Assembly (NCBI GenBank): GCA_963729605.1
Contig: CAVSNY010000007.1
Span: 1,280,001 to 1,344,000, forward strand
DNA from: an uncultured Gammaproteobacteria bacterium
GTDB taxonomy: Bacteria; Pseudomonadota; Gammaproteobacteria; DRLM01
Direction of reading: 5' to 3'
Length of the DNA: 64,000 nt
In this document: piece by piece, positions 62,311-64,000 of the stretch
How the letters are laid out: the number at the start of each line of letters is the position of its first letter
Numbering within the stretch: the first letter of the stretch is position 1
The notes under the pieces: model-generated
The model's database searches: none
Seen by the model: the letters and a program-made list of their open reading frames with translations, nothing else
Told to the model about the DNA's origin: nothing
Program-made: the position numbers and the translations under genes

Positions 62311-63393
62311 TCACGGCCGCTGCTCCAGGCGCACGCGCTGGCCGGGCCGCAGCACCTCGTTGCCCTTCACGACCACGCGCGCGCCGGCGTCGAGCCCGGA
62401 ACGGATCTCGATGCGGCCGTCGAAGGCGAGCCCGGTCCGCACCTGACGCTCGCTGACCGCGGGCGCGCCGTCCTTATCCTCCACCACCCAGACCGTGACG
62501 CGGCCGTCGGGATAGCGGATCAGCGCATCGCGCGACACCACCACCGCGCGCCGGCCCGTCTCGAGCTCGAGACGGGCCTCCGCCGACATGCCCGGCGTCA
62601 TCGGCACGCCGCCGTCGGCGAGGCGCACGTGCAGCGTGAAGGTGCGCGCGGCCGGGTCGCTGACGGGCACGACCGCCGTGACGCGGCCGTCGTAGCGCCG
62701 TTCGGGGAGCGCATCGATCTGCACCGACACGGGCGTGCCTTTGGCGATGCGCGGGAAATAGGCCTGCGGCGCCTGAAAATCGAGGCGCAGGCCGTCGAGG
62801 GCGACGAGCTCCACCACCGGCGTGCCGGGCTCGATCCATTCGCCGGCCTCGGTGAGCTTGCGGCTCACCACCCCCGCGAACGGCGCCGGCAGGCGGTGGC
62901 GCTCGACGAGTTCGGCCTGGTGCTGCCGTTCGGCCTCCAGCCGCGCCGCGGCCGCGGTCGCGACGCGCACCTCGGCCTCGCGCGACAAGAGCTCGGTCTG
63001 CGCGATGCTGTGGCCGCCTTCGAGGCGCTTGACCTCGTCGAAGCGGCGGCGCGCATCGGCCAGCCGTTCGGCGGTCTCGCGCGCGGCGGCCTCGCTGCGG
63101 CGCAGCTCGAATTCCGCGAGCGTGTCATCCAGCTCCAGCAGCGGCGCGCCCTTGGCGACGCGGTCGCCGGCATCGACGCCGATGGTCTCCACCAGGCCCG
63201 CGATCGCGGCCGACACCTGCGCGACCCGCGGCGCGACCACGGTGCCGCTGAGCCGCACGGGATCGATGATGGCCGCGGTCCCGGCGGTCTCGGCCGCGAC
63301 GAGGGTGGCCGTATCGGGATCCGCCGCCCACGCCGTCACCGACATCCCGAGCGCGAACGCCGTACCGATCGCAGATAGTCTCTTTGCCATCAT
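62311..63393 (-). CDS. RND periplasmic adaptor (membrane fusion protein)
   Basis: Signal peptide, GDRVAKGAPLLELD, APFAGVV, DPAARTF, PGMSA, GLDAGARVVVKG. Confidence 0.92.
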   Translation of the reverse strand: MMAKRLSAIGTAFALGMSVTAWAADPDTATLVAAETAGTAAIIDPVRLSGTVVAPRVAQVSAAIAGLVETIGVDAGDRVAKGAPLLELDDTLAEFELRRSEAAARETAERLADARRRFDEVKRLEGGHSIAQTELLSREAEVRVATAAAARLEAERQHQAELVERHRLPAPFAGVVSRKLTEAGEWIEPGTPVVELVALDGLRLDFQAPQAYFPRIAKGTPVSVQIDALPERRYDGRVTAVVPVSDPAARTFTLHVRLADGGVPMTPGMSAEARLELETGRRAVVVSRDALIRYPDGRVTVWVVEDKDGAPAVSERQVRTGLAFDGRIEIRSGLDAGARVVVKGNEVLRPGQRVRLEQRP

Positions 63394-63677
63394 GAGCTGT
63401 AGCACGCCCGCTTGCGGAATATAAACATGCTTGTCGAGACGACAAACGTGAGGCCGAGGATTAAGGGTAGCGATTCCCGCCATGGGTCACAACCACACGG
63501 TAATCAATGATTAGGTCGCGGGCGCGATGGTAGGCGGACATATCCAGTCAATCCGCGTTAATTCACCGATTGAATGACATGCGAGATGCGTTCAATTCCG
63601 CCACGGTTCACTGAAGATCGATGACGCCAGGCGTCGCGGTACAACCGACAACATTCACATTCCAAGGAGCGCTCACC

Positions 63678-63806
63678 ATGCCCGCAGTGAAACAAGCAGC
63701 CCATGCCAAAGGCGATTTTTTCGTCGATTACGAAGAAAAGTTATTCGAGGACATCGAGGCCGAACCCGGTGAAAAGGCCTTGGTGACTTTTCACACCGTG
63801 GCCTTC
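63678..63806 (+). pseudogene. 5' fragment of an MSMEG_0572/Sll0783 (NitB-like) nitrogen-starvation protein
   Basis: AAGGAG RBS; MPAV...[32 protein letters not shown] matches the family N-terminus, which normally continues EGSIG. Similarity stops abruptly here. Confidence 0.75.
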
Positions 63807-63863
63807 CCTCACCCTGACGGCTGCGCCCCCTCGCCGCGCGCTCCCCTCTCGCGGGAGGGGGAG
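63806..63863. repeat. REP-like palindromic element
   Basis: CCCTCACCC...CTCCCCTCTC-GCG-GGAGGGGGAG resembles the widespread CCCTCACCC...CCCTCTCCC..GGGAGAGGG extragenic repeat and begins exactly where the NitB-like similarity ends. Confidence 0.5.
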
Positions 63864-64000
63864 TCGCTTCGAGGTTTTCGTACCGAATGGGCCGGCTGGG
63901 CTTACGCGCTTATTTAACTTCCCAATGGAACGGGATTCTCAATGCAGAATGGTTCGCCCGAAATAATCCATCGTCAGGCAGCATCCCACTCGCCGAATTT

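Noticed and set aside
58920-62456. 1,178-aa plus-strand ORF
   Set aside because: Antisense shadow of the GC-rich RND permease; Arg/Gly/His-rich with no motifs. The same applies to long shadows such as 55212-57230, 6970-8706, 22157-23725 and 57976-59607.

Overview
GC-rich proteobacterial (probably gammaproteobacterial) chromosomal window. Left to right: a decayed AAA/STAND-type regulator fragment; a ~2,880-aa cyclic beta-1,2-glucan synthase (NdvB/Cgs) broken by seven single-base insertions that look like long-read errors; tadA; tRNA-Ser(CGA); a Pho-box-driven pstSCAB-phoU operon followed by arsC-acr3; a DUF4157 effector-like gene; and a complete ~21-kb extracellular contractile injection system (eCIS; Afp/PVC/MAC-like) at 20.7-42.0 kb. 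The eCIS has a very long tape-measure gene with an AT-rich core, a short fibre-like gene, no visible lysis genes, and a trailing membrane-anchored GH18-like protein lacking its catalytic residue. Next come a Tat metallophosphoesterase / SoxA-TsdA-like cytochrome c / DUF1566 trio and an iron/oxidative-stress cluster (bfd, two complementary bfr genes, a carnitine-acyltransferase-like protein lacking the catalytic His, photolyase, BCP peroxiredoxin, oxyR, rubrerythrin, rubredoxin and its reductase, acnA). The window ends with an SDR, a higher-GC RND efflux pair bounded by gene remnants, and a truncated NitB/MSMEG_0572-family gene. The best candidates for novelty are the eCIS with its unassigned cargo, ruler and membrane accessory, and the phosphoesterase/cytochrome module. 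All family calls come from motif recognition by eye; no searches were run and GC values are visual estimates.
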